DNA of 63,873 nt. It comes from Ruditapes philippinarum (taxonomy: Eukaryota). How positions within the stretch are numbered: the stretch's first letter is position 1; each line of letters starts with the position of its first letter. The notes under the pieces were generated by a model, which searched no databases, was not told the DNA's origin, and saw only the letters and a list, made by a program, of their open reading frames with translations. A program made the position numbers and the translations under genes. Shown here in pieces: positions 12,144 to 24,985 of the stretch. The stretch covers positions 1-63,873 of the forward strand of contig NW_026854820.1 of the NCBI RefSeq assembly GCF_026571515.1, written 5' to 3'.

Positions 12144-13793
12144 TTATGCGAAAATAAAAACGCATCCAAATGACTTGTCCCAACATTGTGCATTCTTGGA
12201 AAGTAAAAATCCAAATCCATCATCTATTTTACATTCACCAGTAGTTAAATCTATGGATGCCCTGCTTGCTTTTTCAAAGTCTGAAACATTGATGGTATTG
12301 TTTGCTTTCATAATTGTAAGTGGCATTTTCCAATCTTCATTTCTGAATACATTTCGCACTTTCCCATCAGTTGCCATAGTTACAATGCAGCTTGCCTTTC
12401 TGTCAGAGGCACAGATCAGTTGCTTTTCAGTATCGAAATATATATAAGCTGGTTGTCGGAACAACTGCTCACCTGCTTGATCTTTTATATAACATTGGAT
12501 TATTGTTCCTGTTGTATTCAGAATTAAAACTTGTGCGGGTTTACTGCATGCAACATACAGTTTGTCCCCTGCATAATGTATACCCTCACATCTAGCATCA
12601 ACATTTATTTCGTCTCCAACTGTTATGTTTTTATCTTCAACAGACATGATTTTGATTTTATTTTCATTTGGCAATGTTAATGCAAACTTGTTTACCTCAA
12701 TAGATGTAATATCCCATGGACATGATGTTAATTCTTTCTCTGTTACCAGTGTATGTTCATCTACTGCATACAGCCTTACACGATTGTAAATTGTATCTAG
12801 TATAATTACATTTTCATTTGATATTGGGCATCCTCTTGGCATTCCATATTCAGGATAGTTTCCATAGAAACTCTTCAGATCCTCCTCTGATTCTTCTTCC
12901 TTTTGTACACACAGTTCCCCAAGAGCATCAACATTTTTCAGCGCACTGGTCAGAAACTTATTTGGAATAAAACAATATTTGTTCACTTTGTTTTCTTTTT
13001 GTATATCTGCCACTTTTTGTTCAAGAAAGTTCAGTTTTTCTTGATTTTTCTTTAATGCAATGAATAGCTGTTTGCTTTGTTTTGTTTCCTCTAGTATTTG
13101 AAAATCTTCTTTCAGGTTATTTATAACATTTTTTGAATCATTGGCTGAATCTTCGACTTGTTTCAGTTTTCTAGCTTCATTGTTCTCTTTTTCCTCAGCT
13201 TCTTTTGCAAGTTCCTGCTTCTGCAACTCAAACTGGATGTTTATTTTCTGCTGTAATTGATTAATTTCAGTTAGAGCCGTTTCTCTGCAAGATCTACATA
13301 TTGCTATGTTTTCTCTTGCAGTTTTAATCTGATCCTCTAGGTTGGTTTTTGTTGTCTCCATTCTTGTACAAAAATCTTTATATGCAGGTGATAGTTCCAC
13401 ATCCTTAGCTATGTCTGTGAGGGTGCAGATTTCAAGGCATGGTTTGTGGTGTATGATCATACAAGAGTTGCAGCCAACTGTCCCGTGTGTTTTACAGTAA
13501 TATTTAATCATCTCTCCCTCATGATGTGAACAGGTTTCAGAGAGACTTTCATCAACCTTTCTCTTTGGCATTTCTGACTTCCCTAGTAATTTGTGATGTT
13601 TCATCGGTATAGGAAGGCAATGGTACTTGAAGCATTGATCACAAAGATAATGCTGACATTCCACACAGAATCCCTCTGCTTCCTTGTTGTCTCCATCTTG
13701 GTAACAAGGATCACAAAATAAAAAGGCACTTGTTACTTCCTTGTTTAGTTGATTTGTTAAGTCTGTAAGTTTCCCAGGTACACTGTCAGCCAT
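12144..13793 (-). CDS. RING-less TRIM-like protein (B-box1, B-box2, coiled coil, degenerate NHL/beta-propeller), 549 aa, single-exon CDS
   Basis: CDPC..A.GFCVECQHYLCDQC..YH...MKHH (B-box1), CSHH..IKYYCKTH..GC.SC...HH..C (B-box2), heptad-rich middle, PWDIT/CEGI/P.YI propeller repeats. Confidence 0.9.
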   Translation of the reverse strand: MADSVPGKLTDLTNQLNKEVTSAFLFCDPCYQDGDNKEAEGFCVECQHYLCDQCFKYHCLPIPMKHHKLLGKSEMPKRKVDESLSETCSHHEGEMIKYYCKTHGTVGCNSCMIIHHKPCLEICTLTDIAKDVELSPAYKDFCTRMETTKTNLEDQIKTARENIAICRSCRETALTEINQLQQKINIQFELQKQELAKEAEEKENNEARKLKQVEDSANDSKNVINNLKEDFQILEETKQSKQLFIALKKNQEKLNFLEQKVADIQKENKVNKYCFIPNKFLTSALKNVDALGELCVQKEEESEEDLKSFYGNYPEYGMPRGCPISNENVIILDTIYNRVRLYAVDEHTLVTEKELTSCPWDITSIEVNKFALTLPNENKIKIMSVEDKNITVGDEINVDARCEGIHYAGDKLYVACSKPAQVLILNTTGTIIQCYIKDQAGEQLFRQPAYIYFDTEKQLICASDRKASCIVTMATDGKVRNVFRNEDWKMPLTIMKANNTINVSDFEKASRASIDLTTGECKIDDGFGFLLSKNAQCWDKSFGCVFIFA

Positions 13794-14169
13794 ATTGTGT
13801 CTTAAATATGTTTAAAGTTTTTTTTTCCATTTAAACTTCACTTTTATTTGAAGCAGAATCTGTCACATTTTATTATCCACTTTTATTTTCTGTTTCCTGA
13901 GCTGACTATATTGAAATCATAAACGTGTATGTTGGCTGTTGTAGGAAAAATACTTTACAAATATATCGTATTTGCATAAGATAACCATCAAGAGTTTATA
14001 GGAAATCAATAAAGCAGAATATACTTCTTTACAAACTGTAGGGGCACTTCTTCTTAGCTAATGAGATAATGCACAACGTTATACACATGTAACTCTGACA
14101 GCTGTATTTCAACTTATATAAAGCAACCCCCCAACAGGATCAAATTTGCCCTGCACTCAAAGTGATATT

Positions 14170-15320
14170 AAAACATGCCCCTTAGATAAAAGATACTCTG
14201 CGCATTTGTTCACCTGTTGCAAAGACTTTACATTGTCTAGAGAAACACAATATGATCTTCTCGTTGTAACTAAATGAATCATTGTGTACACCGGAGACCG
14301 GTGCGTATACAATGCTAAATGAATTTTATAGATTTTTAGAATTTGACATTCATAGCCAACTTTTAAAATCTTTAGCTTATATCTATGTTTGGACAGCTTG
14401 TACGAGAGAGTGCAATTAGACCTTAGTTTATTCATATCATTGAATGTGACCTACTTTTGCGTTGAAGAAATGTCTACCTTTTCTAACATTGGGTCTCGAA
14501 TTCAGATCAATCTAAAAGATCTTGTTAATAAAATTGCACACCTTTACATTGGTGGGATGTGTATAATTTTGCACAAAGTATTATCTAGTTACAAAATATG
14601 AAATGTTTACAAGTCTTAAATTGCATTAAAGATCATGCAAGATATTTTGGCTATATTGATTATCCTTTACAAATTTTAAGGTATGATCAGTAAAAGGTAT
14701 TTGCTAAGTGCATTATTAATCATAAAAACTTTACAAAATTGGCATATACTGTAGGCAACTACAAAAATGTATTATGCAAGGCATTTATTGACTTTATAGG
14801 ATACTAACTTCTCAGAAACTAGAATGCCCAGTGCTAAGGTATTTTGTATGTAGTATATCATTGTTGATCACCTACAAAAGTGATACAAAACATGCCCCTT
14901 TGTCAAAATATACCTCTGTTCTCCTGGTCACCTATTTTGCAAAGACTTTACATTGTGTAAAGAAATGAAATGTGATTTTCTTGTTGTAACTGCATGAAAA
15001 ACCTTTTAAAAAACCCTTCAGTTTCAATCTAAGTTTCGACAACTGGTATGAGAGAATGAAATTAGACCTTAATTAAACTTGAATGTGACCTACTTCTGCA
15101 TAGAGGAAATGTCTTCCTTTTCTGGCATTGGATGACACATGTCAGAACAATCAAAAAGCTCTTGTCTATAATATTGCACACCTTAACATTAGTGGGATGT
15201 GTATAATTGTGCACAATGTATTATCTAGTAATAAAATATATTATGTTGACAAAGCAGAAAATTGCATACAAGATAATGCAAGATTTATGAGGTAGTATTG
15301 ATTATACGTTTTTACGTATG
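14170..15320. repeat. Old ~720-bp tandem duplication (2 diverged copies), also present in unit 2
   Basis: aaacatgcccct, gcaaagactttacattgt, gaatgtgacctactt and gggatgtgtataatt each occur twice ~600-720 bp apart. Confidence 0.7.
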
Positions 15321-16346
15321 ATCAGTTTAGTACATGAATTATCGTACTTGTTTGTTAGCAGGGAACATTTCAGTCAGGAGTAAGATAGTACAAGTAAGGC
15401 AAATTTATACAATTATACATTAATCCACTTAATGCAGTACAAACAGTACAAATGACATATCTAACATTAGTGCAATAACTGGTTTAGTCCTATTAAATTT
15501 AGAATGATTTAACCCATTCCCATTAATGCACTAAGATGAAAATATAGGCAAATACAAAAATTTACTATGCAAGGCATGTAAATACATGTATGTGTATAAA
15601 CAAGATTTTAAGAAATGATTTCTTACCAACATAAAGTCTTCTATAAGTGGTCAAATGTGTCATAAAGTAAAATATTTTCTAATTCGCTTTGCTTAAATGA
15701 AAAAAAAACTCATAAAGTCATAATTACCTAACAAGAATTATGACACATGTAGTCTAGGACAGAATAAATAGCACTAAAAAGATTGAAGGCTTTCGCATTG
15801 TTTTAGTTATGTTTAATACACATCATTACAAAATATAATAACACTTTATGTCTGCGAAGGCTGAACCTTTGTACTAGTAATCTTGAAAACTCACAGCCTT
15901 TAAAATAAACTATTATCTTGATTATCGACATGTCGATATCTACGGATAGCAATACCCAGAAGTTTTACTGACAATTATGAGAAAAAACTTGCTTTTCCAA
16001 ATTCACTGAAAACCTGAAAACAGTTACTAGTATTTTTTAGCATTTGCGTATTTTATATTAAATAAATTAATGGCTATTATAAGACAGTAGAAATTGTCTA
16101 AAATATGATAAACAAGATCAACAAGGAAATGTGACGTTCAATTAACGCAACCCGCACACGACCCAGCAACAAGAACCAGTGGCAAGGAGCCCAGGCGGAT
16201 CCCAAACAGAAACAGGACTAACAATAGTTTAAGGGTTGGGTGAGTGGGCAATTTAATCTGTACAATACAATGTGAAGTCCTCGGGTGGCGTATCTATCGG
16301 CCTTTCAATTACATACACAGTTGACATATACACTTCACGGAATTGT

Positions 16347-16590
16347 AGGGATGTCCGTGGCCAAGTGGTTAATGTTTTTGACTTCAAACCACTTGCACCT
16401 CACCACTTTGGATGTGAAACCCGACAGGGACCTTGGAGTCTTTCATGTGATGAAGTAATCCAGATAGCTTATGAAACGTCGGTGGTTCTACTCAGGTGCC
16501 TATGTGTGCATGAAATAATGCACGGAAGGGCACCTGAGGTATTTCTCCATCAGTAAAGCTGGAACTTCGCCATATGACATATACCACCCA
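16347..16590 (+). mobile_element. tRNA-derived SINE, decayed
   Basis: ccgtggccaagtggttaa A-box-like head; body gtcggtggttctactcaggtgcc...gcacggaagggcacctgagg...aaagctggaa..cgccatatga. Confidence 0.75.
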
Positions 16591-17661
16591 ATCAAGCAAC
16601 CAATCACAGAAATGTTCGTGCAAAACTAATTTAACCGTACAACTATAACACTTTCATTGCAATAAATACATTTAAAAAAAATTGCATACCGTATGTTGAC
16701 TTAATGTAAGAAGGCAAAAAGACTTATTAATATTCTGTAATAGGGCAAAGGAACTCAAAATCTCAAAAACTCAGGGTTCAACATTGTTTTGTTCAGTGGA
16801 TGAAAACACTGTAAGTTCTAATTATTTCTTAAAACTTTGACACAAACAAAATATTGTTTCTTCAAGGATAAAAGTCACATACACTGAGGAAAATTACAGT
16901 TTTCATTCAATGCTTCTGCAAAATGAAATTTAATAGCAATTTATATATTGAATTCACTGGAAATAAATAATATTGGGCATTCTACATGATAATGTTTAAA
17001 TCAAGAATCTGTAGTACTTGACCCATAGGGAATGATTTATGTAACATATGTATAGGACCACCATGTGAAGCCTACTGCTAAACATTTAAGTTCTCGACCT
17101 TGTTCAGTAGATTTTATGCCTCGGATTGAAAACTTTGGAGGATACTGTGATGGGATAGTATGTCTGTACTTCAAATATATCTTATAACATCCTGTTATTT
17201 GTCATATCAATAATTAAATGAATAAGATGAACATGAAAACTGTACTGTAACAGGATCAAAAATTCGGGATCAAAATATTATACTGCTATTTTAAATAGGA
17301 TTTTAACTGTTTAGCAATGATTTTGTGCATTGTCCATTCGCTGATAAGGAAATATACCAACATATTTTTTTCATACGGCTATTTTGAAACTTTTCTTTTG
17401 TAAAATTTCTAACAACACTTGTAAACTGCAGGCAGTAGATTGTAACTTTAAACATTTTAAAACCCTTGTTAATTCTGTCACACCTCAATTTTCTTCTTTT
17501 TTAAGTGTCGATGGCATTTCTTTGTGGATTGCTCAGACTTATTTATGAAAAGGCCATGATTTACAAAGTTATTTAATAATAAGTTAAATAATTTTAAGTT
17601 AAGTAATTAAATAATTAGTTAGATAATTATATATATCAAAATCTTCTACATGAATGTTTAG

Positions 17662-17858
17662 AGCTGCACTGAGATGGTTATGCCAATATGTGCAGATGGC
17701 AAGCAAGATATGTTTGAGCCAAGTCCCTGGAACTTTACACAGTATATTGAGCAATGTCATAAAAGATGGAAAACATATCTCAGAGAAAACTGGATAGTTT
17801 CTGAGTACTGGGGTAAAAGTTTAGAAACAGCCAGTAATACATGTAATATTATATTTAG
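17662..17858 (+). pseudogene. PRCP: PRCP penultimate exon, copy 2 (9-nt in-frame insertion)
   Basis: AG/GT boundaries; MVMPICADGKQDMFEPSPWN...ASNTCNIIF. Confidence 0.85.
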
Positions 17859-18907
17859 GTATGTTTATTTTATTTCTTACCGAGTTTCAAATTTTAGAAC
17901 ATGCAACTATTACAGGTCTTGTTTGTGTTAAGAATCATCTAAAGGCATTTCCTGTAGGTTCTTTATTTTTACAGAGGCAAAGAAGGAAAATTTAACTAGT
18001 GAACAGAATTTCATAAAAAATTGCATAAAAATTGAATTATGATGTGAACATATTTATGAAATAAAATGGAGATCACCGTCCTTCTATTGAGTTATCTGCC
18101 CCTGAAAATGAGGTTTTGCTTGTTTTCAAGAGCAGATCACTCAAACCCAAGCATGCTGATGTCTTAGTACAAATTATTCTTTGATATTTTATTTTCAGTG
18201 ATTAAAGTTCTATATATGATATTTTTTTCTGTAGAGGCTGCTCTAACTTGTTATCAAAGAAAATATAATTATTTTGAACTTGATGGATTGATGTCGTAAG
18301 GTCACACAAAGATTAATGCTGTTGATCACTGATGTAACAAATTTTATTTCATAAAGCATAAATATCATGGATCTTATCTTTCATTTCATTATTAAAATAT
18401 TTTGAGATCAAACTGACCATGGTCACATCTATTTGACTCTCAGGCAGTGTAAAGAGACAGGAACTGATTAGCTCTTTCAAGTATGTTATAGCTATTTACC
18501 TGCATTAACAGAAAGTGATTAGCCGTTGCCACCAGTACAGAGCTAGACCAGCCTGCACATCTGTGCAGTTTAATCAGGCTCTATACTGTTAGCAGCTCAA
18601 TTTTTGCATTTTATAATAATCCATTACAATAATGGGCTCTATACAGTTTGTAGTTAAATTAAAATCCATCCCAAAATCATTAAATGAACAGTTCCAAATT
18701 CAAAACAGGATAAGTCTATTACTTAAATTTAGCAGAAGAAAAGGTAAGGCAGGTAACATATGAGGAAAAATGTCATACAAATTAATATAAAACATATATA
18801 ATGTAATCAGCTGTTTAATATCAAAAGAGGCAGCTGTAGATACAATGATATTACAGATTAAAACTGCCACAGTATACAAACTATATCATGATATTATGTC
18901 ATTTCAG

Positions 18908-19124
18908 TAACGGAGCTCTTGACACCTGGTCATCTGGTGGCGTAACCACAAGTCCATCTTCTTCCATTGTGCCATTGTTGATAGAGTCTGGTGCGCACCA
19001 TCTAGATTTACGAGCAGCCAATCCTCTTGACCCACCCTCTGTTTTAGATGCTCGACAGTCAGAAAAAATCTGCTAAAGATGTGGTTAGGTCAAGTGCAAG
19101 ATGATAAGTCTGGACAATGGGGTG
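18908..19124 (+). pseudogene. PRCP: PRCP last exon, copy 2 (frameshift, ~300-bp deletion)
   Basis: NGALDTWSSGG...AHHLDLR; one A missing gives a stop at 19076; the counterpart of ~6655-6958 is absent. Confidence 0.85.
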
Positions 19125-21410
19125 AGATATTTAGAGATAGGAAAAGAAAACCGTTCAATGGCAGTATATTATAAAGATCAGGAAAATCAACACAAAGTTT
19201 AATACTGCATCTTTGCATTATATATAACCCAGTGGTAAACAACACAAAACAGTAGATTCTTTTTATTTTGACCCTTTTTGTACTTTTATTATAGCCCACG
19301 TTTTGGAAAATGTAATGTCCCTGAGGGTATTTATTAGAGTATACATGTACAGTAAAAGACAACAATTTATAAGACTGGTGATTTTTAGTAAGAAAAATCA
19401 GTACATATACATGACATGTATTTAATTGGCATTATTTGATTGATTTTACTTTATGTACAATGTTTTACCTTCTGGTGTCAAATTATATGATTTGTATTGA
19501 TGTTACTATTATTAGGAAAAATGCAACATTGGCAAACTTTGTTGTAGCATATTCCACCCAGCAGTGCTAAAAGTTTAACAGGATTTTTTTTAAATATAAA
19601 TACCATAAATTATATCTTTTCCATTTTAAGCAGATATCACTAGAGATTTGTTTTTCTCTTTCTTATTATAAAGAAATATGTAAATAAAATCTTATATTCT
19701 TTTATAGTATTTGTAAATGAGATGCAATATGCAATTTTATATAAGTTTCTTTTTATTTTAACTAAAGGTATGTGCTTTATTATATATTCCAAGTGCTAAT
19801 TTACTAAATCTTGTTCCTCTAAATAAGGTATTGTTATATTGTTTTTGTAAATACGTCTAATGTTTGAATTTGAATACCAGCAACACAGATATTGCTGTTC
19901 TCATTATGTCCCATGCACAGACTCCCTCCCATGAATAGACTCAACACAAAAACCGAGACTAGATTTGCATTTTTGTTTTTGTTTCGATTGTTCTTTATCG
20001 AAGGCTCACCTGTTTTCAAAATTATAATATCAATATTTATGTCCTGACCTCTGTTAAGATTTATATGTTTTAAATGGTATTTTATAAGGTTAACAGTTAT
20101 TTGATAAGAATCAAAGGGAAGTACGCCAGCTATGAGCAGTATTTGTTATGATTATTGCCCCTGGTTTATTTTGATAAAATGTGCTGCAAACTTAGAGCAA
20201 AAGTCATTTTTTTACCAAGGGTATTTGGCTATTGATTTACCAAATATACCATAGTTACTCTTTGATCATGAAAAATGTGATATATGTTTAGTAATAAGCC
20301 ACTTCATTCGTCAGTTATTATGCCTTATATTTTATGTACAGTACTGTTTTGATATTAATTTGTATATGAGAAAACTGCTTATTATTTCAGCCAACTCAGG
20401 GATGATTTCTTCATGAATAATTGAACTTTTGGGAAGTTTTTACGTTCGCTTTGAAAATAAAGATATATTTGATATAATGATTTTTAGATACTTTTTTATT
20501 ATTAACTTTAATTTATGGGGAAAAACAATGTATGGAATTACATACTGTTTAATCCTAAAACATGGATGAAATAAACTATTAACTGATTTTATTTTTTGTT
20601 ATTTTTATTTTCCCAGGAACATTTATGAGAACATTTTTCAAAAATAAATGAATATTTTGTTTTGTAAGAAATTAGAAAGTTTTGTTTAAGGTACGTTGGT
20701 TTTGATACAAACCAAATTTAAGATATACTTCATATTAAAACCCCAGTGTCCCGGCGTCCTGATATTGGTTATTTCAGACTTGAATGATTACAAATCTTTT
20801 AGTATATTTTTCAACAATAAAGGCATTTCCATAGTAGCCGCAAAATATTTATCTATCATTTTATTAATTAATACCTAAATTCATGTAATACAGAAGTGTG
20901 ATGTCTAAGTATTTATTTCTATTTATCAAAGACGTAGTTCATGTTAGTTACGGCATATATCCACAATGCATACGTGTGAAGAAAACGCAGAAGTTTGTGC
21001 AAAAAGAAACACAGAATTGTACGCATCGGTGTTGCGAAATGAGAAACACTACTTTTATTCTATTTTTATTTCATTAATCACAATGAATGGAAATGGCTAA
21101 GTATATACGGCTGCTAAGATATTGAATTTTAACTCCTTTACAAATATTTATTTTTCAAACATTCGTGATCCAGAGTATTGAAAGCAATTTTGATACTCGT
21201 ACACCCTAGTAACCTCGAAAAAATAACGCATACAATATATATTCTGATAAAACTGAAATGAAGTAGATCACAAATATGACTGAGGTACTTTTTATGCCGT
21301 TATTTCGATTTCTGATGAATATCGAGTTAACGCCATTTATTTGACGTCATTCTCGTGGTCTTCTAATTGAAAATCGGCGCAGGGAATTCTTTGAGTTTAG
21401 TTAAATATAT

Positions 21411-21442
21411 CAGAGACATAGATAATGTTATATATGTCTCTG
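21411..21442. mobile_element. 32-bp hairpin mini-element with 10-bp TIRs and 7-bp TSD
   Basis: cagagacata...tatgtctctg flanked by aatatat (21404-21410, 21443-21449); empty site at ~10591 and ~43101. Confidence 0.8.
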
Positions 21443-24400
21443 AATATATGCATCATGTTCGCCTTATGATAACTGGAGAAACTGAACGAACATTTCTCTT
21501 ATATTGATTCATTATTTTTTTCTTTATTATAGAAAACTTTATGCCAATTTTCCCGCGTATTAAAATTCCCCAGAATGCGTCTATTCATGTTTTATTTTTC
21601 AATTTTCCGAAAAAGATGTGTCCTGACTCCTACCGGCGTCACCCTCCCACACTTTCATCAGTACGCAAGCACAGACACTTGGGGTGTGGTTCACAAAACG
21701 CAGTTCAAATCCAAATAAAATATATATTTGTCAATTCCAGCACATGTGCTTATCATATATATCATTAAAACATAAGTTGTTTTGAAAAAAACATATACAA
21801 GATGAAAATGTTCGCTGGAAAAATCATTTTATTCCATATCCAATATTTTCACATAATCCTTTCTTCCATCGACACAGTAGATATTATTATCCACGGTGAT
21901 GGTCAATTTTAAACTTCAGCATCAATATTTACAACGCAACAGGTGAAAAAACATGAAAATTATCGCCGTTTTACTCTATTTACAAAATCTTTCGACATAT
22001 TCAAATTGGCTCCTAACTTTGCCGTATTTAAATGCGCCGCGCTTTGAAAAATAGAACCAACATATTACCGAAGGGCTCCGACTACAGCCAGACTGGTTCT
22101 CGCGCAGCGCATTTGAATACATTTCAAAAGCCTGGTACATTGATTTAGTCATCCCTTGCTATTTTGATGCAAAACCAAAACCGTGCAGCATCTTCGCCAA
22201 TCGCTAATCGGCCCTTTAAACTTCGGATAAGGACACCTTTTTTGCTTTGTGTACACCGGTCTTACCGACGATATTTGAGAGACCTGTGTGTATACACTCT
22301 CGGATGATTATGAATAATCGTCTAGGTATTTAGAGTCTTTATACTTGAGGACCGAAAGGTTACATGAGTCACGAATACAATATTTCTTCTTTTTTTAAGA
22401 AACGATTTAATCTTGTTTTCCAAAGACCGGTGCGCATACAATGCTAAATGAATTGTATAGATTTTTAGAATATGACATTCATGGCCAACTTTTAAAATCA
22501 TCAGCTTATATCTATGTTGGGCAGCTTGTACGAGAGAGTGAAATTAGACCTTTGTTTATTCATAACATTGAATGTGACCTACTTTTGCGTTGAGGACATG
22601 TCTGCCTTTTCTAACATTGGATCTCCGAATTCAAATCAATCTAAAAGATCTTGTTTCTAGAGAAACACAATATGATCTGCTCGTTGTAACTAAATGAATT
22701 GTATAGATTTTAAGAATGTCACATTCATGGCCAAATTTTAAAATCTTCAGTTTATACATTTTTGTATCTATGTTTGAACAGCTTGTACCAAAGAGTGAAA
22801 TTAGACCTTAATTAATTCATACTATTGAATGTGAAGTGAACTACTTTTGCATTGAGGAAATGTCTACCTTTTCTAACATTGGGTCTCGAATTCAGATCAA
22901 TCCAAAAGGTCTTGTTTATAAAATTGCACACCTTTAGATTGGTGGGATGTGTATAATTTTGCACAAAGTATTATCTAGTACAAAATATGAAATGTTAACA
23001 AGTATTAAATTGCATTAGAGATAACGCAAGATATTGTGGCTATATTGATTATTCTTTACAAATTTTAAGGTAAGATCAGTAAAAGGTAGTTGCTAAGTGT
23101 ATTATTAATCATAAAAACTTTACAAAATTGGTATATACTGTAGGCAACTACAAAAATATATTATGCAAGGCATTTATTGACTTTATAGGATACTAACTTC
23201 TCAGAAACTAGAATGCCCAGTGCTAAGGTATTTTGTATGTAGTATATCATTGTCAATCACCTACAAATGTGATACAAAACATGCCCCTTTGTCAAAATAT
23301 ACCTCTGTTCTCCTGGTCACCTATTTTGCAAAGACTTTACATTGTGTAAAGAAATACCATGTGATCTTCTTGTTGGAACTGCATGAAAAACCTTTTAAAA
23401 ACCTTCAGCTTCAATCTAAGTTTCGACAACTTGTATCAGAGAATGAAATTAGAACTTAATTAAAGTGGAATGTGACCTACTTCTGCATAAAGCAAATGCC
23501 GTCCTTTTCTGTCATCGGATGACACATGTCAGAACAAGCCAAAAGTTTTTGTCTATAATATTGCACGCCTTAACATTGGTGGGATGTGTATAATTGTGCA
23601 CAATGTATTACATGTATCTAGTAATAAAATATATTATGTTGACAAAGCATAAAAATGCATACAAGATAATGCAAGATTTATGAGGTAGTATTGATTATAC
23701 TTTATATGTTTTTACGTATGATCAGTTAAGTACATAATCTATCGTACTTGTTTATTAGCAGGGAACATTTCAGTCAGGGGTAAGATAGTATCAGTGAGGC
23801 AAATTTATACATTTATACATTAATTCGCTTAATGCTGTACAAACTGTACAAATGACATATCATCACATTAGTGCAATAACTGGTTTAGTCCTATTAAATT
23901 TATGGGATTCATACCATTCCCATTAATCCACTTAGATGACAATATAGGCAGATATAAAAATTTACTATGCAAGGCATGTTAATACATGTATGTGAATATA
24001 CAAGATTTTAAGCAATGATTTCTTACCAACATAAAGTCTTCTATAAGTGGTCAAATGTGTCATAAAGTCAACTATTTTCTAATTTGCTTTGCTTAAATGA
24101 AAAAAGCACATAGTCATAATTACCTAACAAGAATTATTACACCTGTAGTCTAGGACAGAATAAACAACACTAAAATACGGTGAATGCTTTCGCTTTGTTT
24201 TAGTAATGTTTAATACACATCAGTACAAAATATTGTAACACTTTATTTCTGTGAAGGCTGAACCTCTGTACTAGTAATCTGGAAAGCTCACAGCCTATAA
24301 AACAAACAATTATCTTGATTATAGACATGTCGATATCTACGGATAGCAATACCCAGAAGTTTTACTGACAATTATGACAAAAACTTGCTTTTCCAAATTC

Positions 24401-24741
24401 AATGAAAACCTGAAAACAGTTACTAGTATTTCTTAGCATTTGTTTATCTTATAGTGAATGAATTAATGGCTATTATAAGATAGTAAACATTGTCTAAAAT
24501 ATGATAAACAAGAACAACAAGGAAAGGTGGTGTTGAATGAACGCAACCCGCACACGACCCAGCAACAAGAACTAGTAGCATAGAGCCCAGGCGGATCCCA
24601 AACAAAACAGGACTAACAATAGTTTAAGGGTTGGGTGAGTGGGCAATTTGATCTGTACAATACAATGTGAAGTCCTCGGATGGTGTATCTATCGGCCTTT
24701 TAATTACATATACATTTGACATATACACTTCACGGAATTTT

Positions 24742-24985
24742 AGGGGTGTCCGTGGCCGAGTGGTTAATATTACTGACTTCAAACCACTTGCACCTCACCA
24801 CTTTGGATGTGAAATCCGACAGGGTGTTTGGAGTCTTTCATGTGATAAAGTAATCCAGATAGCTTATGAAACGTTGGTGTTTCTACTCCGGTGCCTGTTT
24901 GTGCATGAAATAATGCACGGAAGGGCACCTGAGGTCTTCCTCCATCAGTAAAGCTGGAACATTGCCATATGAACTATACTACCCA
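24742..24985 (+). mobile_element. tRNA-derived SINE (duplicate of 16347)
   Basis: ccgtggccgagtggttaa A-box; same body as 16347. Confidence 0.75.

Larger units (their letters stand above)
1..17538 (+). repeat. Segmental duplication unit 1 (PRCP 3' exons + TRIM-like gene), enlarged by LINE and HINE insertions
   Basis: Position 1 (ttatttatgaaaaggccatgattt) recurs at 17539, ~26969 and ~53556, and long colinear non-coding matches run between the units. Confidence 0.9.

Noticed and set aside
16272-16556. 94-aa ORF conserved at 24667-24951, and a possible tRNA gene
   Set aside because: It is a SINE with a GTG start and decayed B-box; no complete cloverleaf
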